A stretch of 32,000 nucleotides of DNA, taken from positions 1,389 to 33,388 of the forward strand of contig CAYPUH010000012.1 of assembly GCA_964413725.1 (NCBI GenBank), given 5' to 3'. The notes under the pieces are model-generated. The model was not told the origin of the DNA and ran no database searches. It worked only from the letters and a program-made list of their open reading frames with translations. Below are positions 1-8,857 of the stretch, one piece after another. How positions within the stretch are numbered: position 1 is the stretch's first letter; each line of letters opens with the position of its first letter. A program made the translations under genes and the position numbers. Source of the stretch: an uncultured Cytophagia bacterium (GTDB lineage: Bacteria; Zhuqueibacterota; Zhuqueibacteria; Residuimicrobiales; Oceaniaggregativiventaceae).

Positions 1-545
1 AGTTCCAGCATGGCCAGTACATAGCCACGGGTCCCCACTAGATTGGACCCGCCAACGGGGATGATATAGGGCTGTTGTCCCTGGCTTTTCAGTTCCTCTG
101 CGAGCTCTTGCATTCGTTCGGATCGCCGGCTTGGTGAGATCCAGTGCAGGTGGGCACCCAGCAGGCGGTCCAGGATCAGATTGCCGTGTTCTGCCTCGGG
201 TGGGGAGCCCCCCAATACAAGATGGCATTCCATACCGGCCAGCGTGGCTGCCGCTGCCGTTTGACGGCAGTGATTGGACTGCGGCCCCCCTGCGGTGATC
301 AGGGTGTCGGCACCGGCTTTCAGCGCGTCGGCAATGAGAAATTCCAGTTTTCGGGCTTTATTGCCCCCCATTGCCAGTCCCGTGCGATCATCTCTCTTGA
401 TCCACAACTGAAAACCATCCAACGGTTTCGACAGATGGTCCAGGGGATGAATAACGGTTGGCAAATGGGTCATATGCTTACGGGGGTGATGGTTGATAGC
501 ATGATAGAGATCGTTCATGCGGGTTCGTTCAGAACGGGATATCAT
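1..545 (-). CDS. PLP-dependent D-cysteine desulfhydrase / ACC deaminase family protein (N-terminal part; the 3' end runs off the window)
   Basis: This is my own minus-strand translation; it is absent from the ORF track because no stop lies in the window. It reads ...MTHLPTVIHPLDHLSKPLDGFQLWIKRDDRTGLAMGGNKARKLEFLIADALKAGADTLITAGGPQSNHCRQTAAAATLAGMECHLVLGG... The IKRDD...GGNKxRKLEFL and ITxGxxQSNHxRQTA motifs are hallmarks of the DcyD/ACC-deaminase fold-type II PLP family. The start is ambiguous: ATG at 543-545 (GGAG 5 nt upstream), 516-518 or 471-473. Confidence 0.85.
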   Translation of the reverse strand, partial: MISRSERTRMNDLYHAINHHPRKHMTHLPTVIHPLDHLSKPLDGFQLWIKRDDRTGLAMGGNKARKLEFLIADALKAGADTLITAGGPQSNHCRQTAAAATLAGMECHLVLGGSPPEAEHGNLILDRLLGAHLHWISPSRRSERMQELAEELKSQGQQPYIIPVGGSNLVGTRGYVLAMLE

Positions 546-566
546 ATTGACTCCATTGAAATCTGG

Positions 567-1805
567 TTAACTCAGCAACAGAACGGGAATATGCAGCACC
601 GCCCATACGGAATAGCGCCAGAGCGTGCTCGAATTGTGCCTTTGAGTGAGGACGCTGAAATAGATTCCTTTGACCCAGGTGTTGCTCATCATCGCGATGA
701 GGACGGCGGCCACAAGTGTGGAGATGGCCTGATCTCCACCCTCGGCCAGGGAGAGGACAAAGGGATCGATGTCGGTGACACCCACGATGGCGGCGAGAGC
801 ATAGAGTCCCCCGATGCCAAAGGCGTTGGTGACCACAGTGGTCAGGACGGTTACGATGGTGAACAAAAGTGCAAAGAGCACAGCCGGTTTGATTTCAAAC
901 GGATTTTGATGTGTCTCGATGGCTCGAGGAGGATCACTGCTTTTTTCTTTGATGCCCAACGAGAGTGCACCACCAATCGCCGCGAGCACAATGGTCTGCC
1001 AGGCCAGATGAGGGACGAGAGAGGTGTTGAGTATGGCAACAAGCCCCAGAATCCGCAGATACATGACGCTGCTGGCCAGGATAGAACTCTGCAAGGCGAG
1101 TGGGGTATGATCCGGATTGCGCTGTGCGATGCGTCCGCTGGCCACAGCCACCGCTGTACTGGAAATCAAGCCTCCCAGAATGCCGGATACGCGTAACCCG
1201 GTTTTGCTGCCAAATCGTTTGGAGAGAATATATCCCACGAACCCGATACTCGAGACCAGGATTACGATTTTCCAGATCTGGCGTGGGTTGAGGTCATAGA
1301 TGGTATAGTCCTGATCCGGAAGGACGGGCAGAATGATCAGGGTGACGATCAAAAACCTCAAAACGGCGAGAAAATCGGTTTTATCCAAACGCTCCACCAG
1401 TTTCTCCAGATGGGTTTTCTCGGACAGCAGTACGGTATTGATAATACCCAATGCCAGCGCCAGCCAGACATCCGCCAGCAACGCCATCACTCCGACGAGA
1501 AAGGTAAGCAATGCGGCGATTTCGCTGGTCCAGCCCACATGGCCGACACCGGTTTTGGTATAATAGCCGGCGACGATCAGGATGGCCAGAGCCACCAGTC
1601 CGGCCGGAATCGCTATCTCCATGCCAAGACGGGACAGCCAGGCGCACGCAAAGCCGAACAGGCTGATGATGGTAAAGGTACGGACACCCGCGTAAATTTT
1701 TTTCTGTTCCCGCAACGCGGACTGTTCCCGTTCCAGCCCCACGAGGAAACCGAGGGCCAGTGCCAGCAACAGCCGAAGTTGTAATGTCCATTCAAATTCT
1801 GACAT
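567..1805 (-). CDS. MgtC/SapB-family membrane protein with DUF4010-type C-terminal half
   Basis: ORF track 567..1835. The N-terminus MSEFEWTLQLRLLLALALGFLVGLEREQ carries the MgtC signature (LGxLVGLERE). The rest is multi-helix hydrophobic, and the ~410-aa size fits the MgtC+DUF4010 architecture. The track start at 1835 is a GTG overlapping the GNAT gene, so I chose the first ATG (1803-1805). Stop is TAA at 567-569. Confidence 0.85.
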   Translation of the reverse strand: MSEFEWTLQLRLLLALALGFLVGLEREQSALREQKKIYAGVRTFTIISLFGFACAWLSRLGMEIAIPAGLVALAILIVAGYYTKTGVGHVGWTSEIAALLTFLVGVMALLADVWLALALGIINTVLLSEKTHLEKLVERLDKTDFLAVLRFLIVTLIILPVLPDQDYTIYDLNPRQIWKIVILVSSIGFVGYILSKRFGSKTGLRVSGILGGLISSTAVAVASGRIAQRNPDHTPLALQSSILASSVMYLRILGLVAILNTSLVPHLAWQTIVLAAIGGALSLGIKEKSSDPPRAIETHQNPFEIKPAVLFALLFTIVTVLTTVVTNAFGIGGLYALAAIVGVTDIDPFVLSLAEGGDQAISTLVAAVLIAMMSNTWVKGIYFSVLTQRHNSSTLWRYSVWAVLHIPVLLLS

Positions 1806-1822
1806 AATTGGATTCCGATGGG

Positions 1823-2287
1823 TTATGGCGACCACTCTGTTTCAAACAGATGATAGGAGGTACGTTTCATGCCCAGGGCTGTATAGGTTTGCTGTGCTGT
1901 ATGATTTTCAGTTTCCACATAGAGTCGCAATCCACATACCTGCGCGTGTTCACGGGCCCGCCGCTCTACCTCCTGATAGAGCACTTTAAAGATTCCCTGT
2001 CGCCGCCATTCCGGACGTACGTATACGCTTTGAATCCACCAGAAATCGCCATCGCGCCAGTCACTCCATTCGGTGGTGATCATAAGGCTGGCCACGGTCT
2101 GCCGATCCACTCTGGCGACAAGATAAAAGCCTCGTTCCGGTCGATCGAACAGATGGGTCACTCCCTTTTTAACCCGTTCCGGGTCCAGTGCTTTGTTTTC
2201 TGTCTCCAGCGCCATTGCACAATTAAAGTCCACCAGTGTATCGATGTCGGAACGCTGGCCCTCGCGGATATGCGGGGAAAGGGACAT
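1823..2287 (-). CDS. GNAT-family N-acetyltransferase
   Basis: 154 aa. WWIQSVYVRPEWRRQGIFKVLYQEVERRARE matches GNAT motif A (the R/Q-x-x-G-x-G/A acetyl-CoA loop). The size is that of a single-domain GNAT. ATG at 2285-2287. Confidence 0.85.
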   Translation of the reverse strand: MSLSPHIREGQRSDIDTLVDFNCAMALETENKALDPERVKKGVTHLFDRPERGFYLVARVDRQTVASLMITTEWSDWRDGDFWWIQSVYVRPEWRRQGIFKVLYQEVERRAREHAQVCGLRLYVETENHTAQQTYTALGMKRTSYHLFETEWSP

Positions 2288-2371
2288 GTCGCCTCCAATA
2301 CATTTAACGTGTCATCCGGATGCTCTCACAGAACCGACGTGCCGCCGGAGTTCGAGTCGCATTGTCAGGAC

Positions 2372-3160
2372 TCAGGATGGGAGCTGGATGCGGTCCAGGA
2401 TCTCCAGCGCATTTTCCGATATCAGGCGCCGTTTCGATGTGTCGGGGATGTTGGCGCCGATCACCTTGCCCAACTGATGGGCCTGATTGATAAAAATGGC
2501 ATCCGATCCCCAGATCACCTTGTGATCTCCTACGGAGGAGACGAGTGTGTCCACCAATCCGATGTATGAGCCACTGAAAGCCAGTTCCAGGTAGATGTTG
2601 GGCTGTTGCTGGGCGGTGTCGATATAGCCCTCGATCTGTTTGCTTCCGGCGTGAGCCATGAGGACGGAGGTGTTGGGATGGCTGGCTGCGACATCCGAGA
2701 GAATTTGAAATTCGTGATCGGCTCCCCACGTATGAAACAGCATGGGCAGATGGTATCGATCGGCCAGGGCATAGGCCGGTTCGTATGCCGGGTCGTCATA
2801 GCGAAATCCGTTATTGTCATGAAATTTGAGGCCGATCATCCCCTGCTGCAGCCAGTATTCGGTGTTTTCCTTGACGTATTGTCTGGAATCCGGATAGACG
2901 ATGATATATCCCAGGATTCGGCCGGGATGAGCGTGCATCATATCCACCAGTTGTGCGTTACCCCATTCCGTATCCCGGGTCATGCAGCGATGATGACTGC
3001 ACACAATGGATCGGATCCCCAGCCGGTCCATTGAGTCCACCAGACTGCCGGGCGACAGCGAGGGGACGGTGAATCCGATCCGGCCAAGATGACCATGCAT
3101 GTCGATAATCTCCAGGCCCAGAGGGTCTCCCTGACGGGCCGTTTCGAACAGTGTTTTCAT
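2372..3160 (-). CDS. TIM-barrel metal-dependent hydrolase (amidohydrolase-2 family)
   Basis: 262 aa. It shows IIDMHGHLG (the HxH metal site after strand 1), LFHTWG, VLMAHAG, and the C-terminal VIWGSD aspartate. The ATG overlaps the stop of the upstream paralogue (ATGA at 3157-3160). Confidence 0.8.
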   Translation of the reverse strand: MKTLFETARQGDPLGLEIIDMHGHLGRIGFTVPSLSPGSLVDSMDRLGIRSIVCSHHRCMTRDTEWGNAQLVDMMHAHPGRILGYIIVYPDSRQYVKENTEYWLQQGMIGLKFHDNNGFRYDDPAYEPAYALADRYHLPMLFHTWGADHEFQILSDVAASHPNTSVLMAHAGSKQIEGYIDTAQQQPNIYLELAFSGSYIGLVDTLVSSVGDHKVIWGSDAIFINQAHQLGKVIGANIPDTSKRRLISENALEILDRIQLPS

Positions 3161-3909
3161 TTGATGATGGCCTCCAAAAGGTGCATCGCGTTTTCTGTAC
3201 CGATTTTTTGTTTTGCGGTTTCGGGGAGTTCCGCATAGATCAGTTGCATGGCCGCTCCCATGGGTTCGCTGTCGGGAAACCCGGTTCCGAACACCAGCCG
3301 TTCGGCACCGAACCGATGAACCAGCTGTTCGATGCCTCCATGAACCGTAAACCGGGTTCCAATGGACAGCCGGATATTGGGTGCATGTTCCAGCAACGCG
3401 GCATACATCCGATGTTCACGATAGTTGACATCGGCCAGGATAACGGGCAGGTCGGGGAAACGTCCGGCCACTCGAGCGGCGGTTTCCAGAGAAACCCGTT
3501 CGTGGCTGAGGTACAGGGGGAGACGTCGATCCTGCATGGCCTGGAACAGTTGGTCGCTAATCCAGGGGGTCACAAACCAATAGTCGGTTTCTGGACGAAT
3601 CCATGCCGCCCCTGACCGGTTTCGAATGGCCAGATCCACCTGCTCTTCTTCATCCAGCCAGTCATTTCCGGTATTGGGCATCACCACCGGACAGGGAATC
3701 CATTGATCATGTTTTTCACATGCCGTATACAATTTGTTGTTTGTCAATTCGATATCGGTCTCCATCTCCACCGGTGCAATTCGGATCAGGCCGCCATCAA
3801 TGTCGAGGCGTTTATAGTGCGTTGCCAGATCGGAATCGGTCGGGATATGCCGCGATCCGGAAGTGGTTCCACCGAATCCTGCCTGGCAGTCAAAGAGGTG
3901 TAGGGACAT
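3157..3909 (-). CDS. Amidohydrolase-2-like paralogue lacking the HxH metal motif
   Basis: The ORF track gives 3157..3930, starting at a TTG. I prefer the ATG at 3907-3909 (MSLHLFDCQAGFGG...), which has GGAG 6 nt upstream. Size and the C-terminal RLVFGTGFPD parallel the downstream hydrolase. However, LFDCQAG sits where the partner has IDMHGHLG. Confidence 0.7.
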   Translation of the reverse strand: MSLHLFDCQAGFGGTTSGSRHIPTDSDLATHYKRLDIDGGLIRIAPVEMETDIELTNNKLYTACEKHDQWIPCPVVMPNTGNDWLDEEEQVDLAIRNRSGAAWIRPETDYWFVTPWISDQLFQAMQDRRLPLYLSHERVSLETAARVAGRFPDLPVILADVNYREHRMYAALLEHAPNIRLSIGTRFTVHGGIEQLVHRFGAERLVFGTGFPDSEPMGAAMQLIYAELPETAKQKIGTENAMHLLEAIIK

Positions 3910-4236
3910 GAGAACTCCAGGGATATACAATCGTCAGCATATTGAAAAACCGTCGCGACAAGTGGTGACAGGGATTGACCGAATGAGGACATCCTGCCAT
4001 CAGAACGCTAATCTCGTCTGGCACCCTTTGGCAACGGCCTTTGATTTTATACAATATAGTCAGAAACAGTGGGGAAAGCAAGCTGTGAACGGTGCAAACC
4101 CTCCAGGCGTCGGGACTGCAGTTGCTACCTGTTTTGTTTTGCAGATGTGCTGTGAAGACATGTGAAGTGAATGACACCGAAAAAATGATAAACACAGCAG
4201 AAATGTGATATATCTCAATAAAGCACATTACAAGAA

Positions 4237-4255
4237 TGTGTATGTTTCATACACA
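4237..4255. promoter_or_regulatory. Perfect 8-bp-arm palindrome (TGTGTATG ttt CATACACA) 24 nt upstream of the 4279 start; possible operator
   Basis: Read directly from the sequence. It lies in the divergent intergenic region 3910-4278. AATGTG/CACATT half-site-like words recur at about 4199-4240. No regulator family is assigned. Confidence 0.25.
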
Positions 4256-4278
4256 AGGCAACCATACAGGAGGACATC

Positions 4279-5277
4279 ATGGAGATTCGCATCAGCATAT
4301 TGTGTTTAATCATCCTGATCGCGGCACAGGCACCTGCGCAAGTTACTGTCGATCTGATCGAGGCCCCTGAAGGACAGTCCGATCCAAACATTGTGGTCTA
4401 TAATGATGTGGTGGATCGCCCCAACAACAAATCGGGTTGGATCTATGATCCCACGAGTCCCTTCGATCCCCCCTATCGTGATCTGGGCCAGAGTTTCAGG
4501 GTGTCTGAAGCGTTTACGCTGGACAAAATCATCGTCGAGATTTCCGGTTATTCCACGCAGGAGGATCTCGATGCCTGTGCCGGAGCGCCGTTTCATCTGG
4601 ATGTGTATACGTTTCCAAACGTAGACGGGATGACCGTTCCGGATGATACTGTAAGCAGTCAGGGTGGACGGTTGCCGGCAGTAATGAAGGATGGCGAAGC
4701 TGTCTACCTCCAGTTTGATGTCGAAAACATAGAGATAAAAGCGAACCGGTTTTATGGATTTTTATTAAAGTTTGATTCTTTAAAGACAAATCGGTATCTC
4801 GAAATTGTCAAGACCGAGGATTCTGATTTTTATCCGGATGGACGGATGATCTATACAGAATTCAATGGAGATGATGGTCGACAAAATATAACTGTTTATA
4901 AATTAAAACATGCAGGAGGCAACCCCAAGCGGGATCTTCACTTTTGGCTGGTTCAGCCGTCAGTTACAGCTGTTAGCCAACGGCGATATAAAAGACCTCA
5001 GACCGTATCACTGGTGGACAATTATCCCAATCCATTCAATCCATCCACAACGATAGAGTTCAGTTTGGATCGGGGACAGAATGTTCATGTCGATATTTTC
5101 ACATCCAATGGCCGGTTGATCAGGCGATTAGTAGATGAATGGATGTCGGCCGGGACCCATACCTGCACCTGGATGGGACGGTCGGACGACGGATCCTCTA
5201 TTGCCAGTGGCGTGTATTACTACCGTCTGCGAGGTGAGGAGGAACAGGTGTGGGACAAAATGGTGTATCTCAAATAG
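4279..5277 (+). CDS. Secreted protein with a FlgD-Ig/T9SS-type C-terminal sorting domain
   Basis: 332 aa. AGGAGG sits 6 nt upstream of the ATG. The signal peptide is MEIRISILCLIILIAAQAPAQV. The last ~85 aa (NYPNPFNPSTTIEFSLDRGQNVHVDIF...GVYYYRLRG...) form the typical C-terminal sorting/Ig-like domain of FCB-group secreted proteins. The N-terminal domain is unassigned. Confidence 0.85.
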   Translation: MEIRISILCLIILIAAQAPAQVTVDLIEAPEGQSDPNIVVYNDVVDRPNNKSGWIYDPTSPFDPPYRDLGQSFRVSEAFTLDKIIVEISGYSTQEDLDACAGAPFHLDVYTFPNVDGMTVPDDTVSSQGGRLPAVMKDGEAVYLQFDVENIEIKANRFYGFLLKFDSLKTNRYLEIVKTEDSDFYPDGRMIYTEFNGDDGRQNITVYKLKHAGGNPKRDLHFWLVQPSVTAVSQRRYKRPQTVSLVDNYPNPFNPSTTIEFSLDRGQNVHVDIFTSNGRLIRRLVDEWMSAGTHTCTWMGRSDDGSSIASGVYYYRLRGEEEQVWDKMVYLK

Positions 5278-5487
5278 AGAAAGGGACGTGTGAGGTGTAG
5301 ACACGTCTGGAACCTTTGAGTTGATCTAGAGGTTCTAAGTATAGATAACGATTGTCGGGAGGTCGATCAGGCGGTTCCCTTGCCCCCGGCGGGGCGGTGT
5401 CAGGGTGAGGGGGGGCAAGGGTGCCGTACATTCCGAATGTTTTCCTGCCGTTGCAAACAGGCTGTACCGGTCATTGATCCGGTCCTG

Positions 5488-6873
5488 CTACCAGACGTCA
5501 TCGATGGTGGCTCTTTCCCGTTCCACTTTTTCAAACCATGTCTCCAGTTCCGCAAGCAGTTTGTGAACCCGGTTGGGATACCGGTCTGCCAGATTGGTTT
5601 TTTCCAAGGGGTCTGTGGCAATATTGTACAGCTCGGGGGGTGGCGGGTCGGGAACAGGTCCTCTCGGGTCGGGGCCCCGAACGAGTCCACCCGCGATGAG
5701 TTTTTCCGGGGTATACATGGAGATCTGCAACCAGGGATCGCTGCAGGGGGCTGTCATCGCCTCCCGTATGGCCGGCCGGACCAGCTTCCAGTCGCCATCC
5801 CGCACGGCGGCATTGCTGGTGGCGAGGGGGGTATACCGATTCCATTGCCAGAATCGTTTGGTACACACCTTGCCGTTTTCACCACGGATCACGGGCAGCA
5901 TATTGATACCATCGATTTTTAGATGCTGTGGCAGGGGTATGTCTGCCATGGCCAGAAGCGTCGGGAACCAGTCGCTGAAATGAACCATATCCCGGATGAC
6001 GCGGTTTCCTTCCAGACCATCCGGCCATCGCAACAACAAGGGTACCCGAATCCCGCCTTCATAGACGAGCATTTTGGCTCCATGCAGTCCACAATTGTAT
6101 CGATCGAGGCACTCGTCGCCGTCTCCCCCAAATTGAGGACCGTTGTCACTGGTAAACATGACGATGGTATTGTCCTCCAGCCCGCATTCTTTGAGGGCCT
6201 GCAGAATGTTGGCGATTCCCGTATCCATGCGATGCAACATACCATAGAGTGTACTGACACCCCGGGTAAAGGTGCCGGTATCGAGAAAGGGTTTGATCTC
6301 CTCTTCGGGAGCCTGTAGGGGGGTGTGGGGAGCGTTGTAGGTGACGTGCAGGAAAAAGGGTTCTTTTTGATGGCGATGAATAAAATCGACCGCCTCCTCC
6401 GTCCACACATCGGTGAGATACCGTCCATCGGTCCGAACGACCCTACTGTCATATTCCAGCCGCCAGTCATAATAGTCGTGCATGCCATTGCGAAAGCACA
6501 CCGTTTCGTCGAATCCGCGATTCATGGGATGGTATCGCAGGTCATAGGCACCGAGATGCCATTTCCCCACCAGCCCTGTGGTGTACCCGTTGTCCCGGAG
6601 AACGTCTGCCAGTGTGGTCTCCCGTAAGGCCAAACGTTCCAGCCCCCGCCATTCCAGCGTATCGATGGATCCCGTCCGGTGGGGATACCGTCCCGTCATC
6701 AGACAGGCTCTGGATGGATTGCAGACGGGAGAGGCGGTGTATTGCTGCGTAAAGCAGACACTCTCCGCCATCAGTTGATCCAAAGCCGGTGTGTCGGACA
6801 GTCCCTTGTTGACGGCGCTGAAATCACCATATCCCATGTCGTCGGCAAGGATGAATACGATATTGGGTTTCAT
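5488..6873 (-). CDS. Cys-type (formylglycine) sulfatase / arylsulfatase family
   Basis: 461 aa. GGAGG lies 4-5 nt upstream of the ATG at 6871-6873. IVFILADDMGYGD and the sulfatase signature CNPSRACLMTGRYPHRTG (C-x-P-S-R) are present. No N-terminal signal peptide is visible. Confidence 0.95.
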   Translation of the reverse strand: MKPNIVFILADDMGYGDFSAVNKGLSDTPALDQLMAESVCFTQQYTASPVCNPSRACLMTGRYPHRTGSIDTLEWRGLERLALRETTLADVLRDNGYTTGLVGKWHLGAYDLRYHPMNRGFDETVCFRNGMHDYYDWRLEYDSRVVRTDGRYLTDVWTEEAVDFIHRHQKEPFFLHVTYNAPHTPLQAPEEEIKPFLDTGTFTRGVSTLYGMLHRMDTGIANILQALKECGLEDNTIVMFTSDNGPQFGGDGDECLDRYNCGLHGAKMLVYEGGIRVPLLLRWPDGLEGNRVIRDMVHFSDWFPTLLAMADIPLPQHLKIDGINMLPVIRGENGKVCTKRFWQWNRYTPLATSNAAVRDGDWKLVRPAIREAMTAPCSDPWLQISMYTPEKLIAGGLVRGPDPRGPVPDPPPPELYNIATDPLEKTNLADRYPNRVHKLLAELETWFEKVERERATIDDVW

Positions 6874-6995
6874 GTGACCTCCGGGAGATTCATGTGAGAA
6901 CGGGCAGGGAAATCCGCTTCGTTCAATCGGGGTGGAATCCGAACAGAGCGGAACGTAACAGATAGCCGGTAAAGGCGGCTATGGTATGGGCGGGC

Positions 6996-7049
6996 AAAAA
7001 GACAAAAACCGGCAACTCGCTCGCTACTGTTAGCCATTTGCCGGCTTTT
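6996..7049 (-). terminator. Possible intrinsic terminator downstream of the 7187..8476 gene
   Basis: Inverted repeat CCGGCAA (7009-7015) / TTGCCGG (7038-7044). On the minus strand it is followed by TTTTTGTCTTTTT. The loop is long (22 nt, with an inner GCTA/TAGC pair), so this is atypical. Confidence 0.4.
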
Positions 7050-7186
7050 GACCGGTCATCCAATCCTCCGATTCGACTGATTGCCTTTTTAAACCATAAT
7101 TATTATGAATGTATCATGCAAGTATAATGTGATACTGACAGAAAAGGGGGGGATATAAAACACTCGGTCCGCTGATAACATCGGGT

Positions 7187-8476
7187 TTATTTGTTTCTGT
7201 TGATCTGTGTCTGAAAAAAGGTATGATCAAATCGCGGCGAGAGCCGCGTGGCCTGTTCGACAATGCCTGCAACTCCGGGTTTGATAATGTTGACAAACTC
7301 CCAGACGATACGTCCGGAACGATCGATTTCAAATACACGTCCCCGCATGGATTCAGTGATCAACAGATTGCCGTTTTCGAGCCACTGATGCTTTCCCATG
7401 ATTTCGGTAAAAAACGGCTCCTCTGCGGTACCGGAATAATAGGTGCTATCGACGCGGCCATTTACTCCCTTTATAACGATCCTGCTCTGTGGCGGCTCCG
7501 GTCCCAGACGGATGTTGTTGTTGTCGAATACAGACAGGGTGTATCCGTCGATAAAATCGGGATCATGCTGCCGGGCAACGTCACCCGTGGTTTTGTATTT
7601 CACCGTCAAATTCTCTGCATCCAGAACGAGCACGGTATTGATATTACGAAGGGAAACCAGCAGGTCACCGGTTTTAAAACTGCCCTCGGGCAATGTGGCG
7701 GGAAAGGATTCGACATCGTTCAAATGCAAAAGATCGCCGGTGACGCGGGTGTTTTCGTTCAAAAGGGTAGATAGGATCAACAGTCCGTTAAGGTGGTTCT
7801 TTTTGAGGATATCAAAGAGTCTGATTTCCCTGAGGACTTTGCCGTCCGGAGAGACGTTTAAAAGAGTCGGTTCATAAACCGGTGGGATTAGGCTTTTGAA
7901 TTGTGGAAGATCGTGCTGATGAACGAGTTCACCACAAATCCACATGTTACCGGATGCATCTGTGGTAACTGAATGATGGGTGAGACAGGGCAAGCGCCAT
8001 CGGACCTCCCCGCATACGTCCACCCGGACCAGACCCAGTTGTTCGAAATTAAACACCAGATCTCCATTGTCCATGAGCAGGCAGCCATGAATATGTGTTC
8101 CCGGTTTTGACTTGGGCACCCGCTCTTCCGGAAGATGACTGCAGTCGGGCCAGAGTTCGAACCAGTCCGGATTCCATTCATGGATCACGTTACCGGACGG
8201 GGTGAACACCCTGACCGAGAGTTCATGATTCGCTGCCATAGAGGTGATCAGGGTTGGACCCGGTTGCATTCGTTCCGGATGGTGGGTGGGAATGTGCCGG
8301 GTAAAAGATGTATCGCGGTAATACCACTCGTTGTTTTCAGCAGAGCGAAAGATCTTGCCCGCCTCCTGTAACACCTCGTTGATCGCCGGATACGGAAAAA
8401 GATTAAATTTCGCACTGAACATTCCGTACAGAAGCACACTGAATCCGGTTGAAATAAAAAAGAGGATTTTGGGCAA
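7187..8476 (-). CDS. Arylsulfotransferase (ASST)-like beta-propeller protein, N-terminally membrane anchored
   Basis: 429 aa. The hydrophobic N-terminus is ILFFISTGFSVLLYGMF. The motifs DLLHLNDVES, LVSLRNINTVLVLD, ARQHDPDFIDG and LSVFDNNN resemble the conserved D-x-x-H-x-N / QHD / FDN blocks of ASST-type sulfotransferases. The track start is a TTG, so the start is uncertain. Confidence 0.6.
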   Translation of the reverse strand: MPKILFFISTGFSVLLYGMFSAKFNLFPYPAINEVLQEAGKIFRSAENNEWYYRDTSFTRHIPTHHPERMQPGPTLITSMAANHELSVRVFTPSGNVIHEWNPDWFELWPDCSHLPEERVPKSKPGTHIHGCLLMDNGDLVFNFEQLGLVRVDVCGEVRWRLPCLTHHSVTTDASGNMWICGELVHQHDLPQFKSLIPPVYEPTLLNVSPDGKVLREIRLFDILKKNHLNGLLILSTLLNENTRVTGDLLHLNDVESFPATLPEGSFKTGDLLVSLRNINTVLVLDAENLTVKYKTTGDVARQHDPDFIDGYTLSVFDNNNIRLGPEPPQSRIVIKGVNGRVDSTYYSGTAEEPFFTEIMGKHQWLENGNLLITESMRGRVFEIDRSGRIVWEFVNIIKPGVAGIVEQATRLSPRFDHTFFQTQINRNK

Positions 8477-8857
8477 GGTTTGGGTCCACTTTATGAGTCT
8501 GATCTGTTCCGGCTTGTTTTACCTTATTCCGATCTATTCTGCAGACGGGGGGGCTGTTTCACCGGGTCTGTGATATGGTTATCTACAGGCTTTACCCTTT
8601 TGATGCGGAACGAAAACCCTGTTTGTCTGCCGACCGATTGTTTAGATTAGAGAATTATTTTGTTTGAAAGTCTATTTTAGAATTCGGATATTATAATAAC
8701 AGCGTGGGAAAGGTCAAGTCCCACCACGGTTTCAATGTTTCTGCACAACCGAGAGCCCCATACGATCTTTCCAGAGCCAAAAGAATAACTTTGCCAATCG
8801 GCATGAGTCTTGTAGCCCAAGCCTGTCATAACCACTCATGGAATAAGGGGACCCACC

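Noticed and set aside
144-1196. 350-aa plus-strand ORF, one of the longer entries in the track.
   Set aside because: It lies antisense to two well-supported minus-strand genes (the DcyD-family gene and MgtC/DUF4010). It starts at a GTG, has G/R/Q-rich low-information composition and shows no motifs. It is a typical shadow ORF.
5377-5421. A perfect 11-bp GC-rich inverted repeat, CCCTTGCCCCC (5377-5387) / GGGGGCAAGGG (5411-5421), with a 23-nt loop, between the convergent T9SS-cargo and sulfatase genes. Smaller hairpins lie at 5285-5307 (GACGTGT/ACACGTC) and ~5310-5335 (GAACCT/AGGTTC).
   Set aside because: These are probably transcription-termination or mRNA-stabilising structures for the convergent genes. 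None is followed by a U-run, so I did not call an intrinsic terminator. There is no sign of a repeat family elsewhere in the window.
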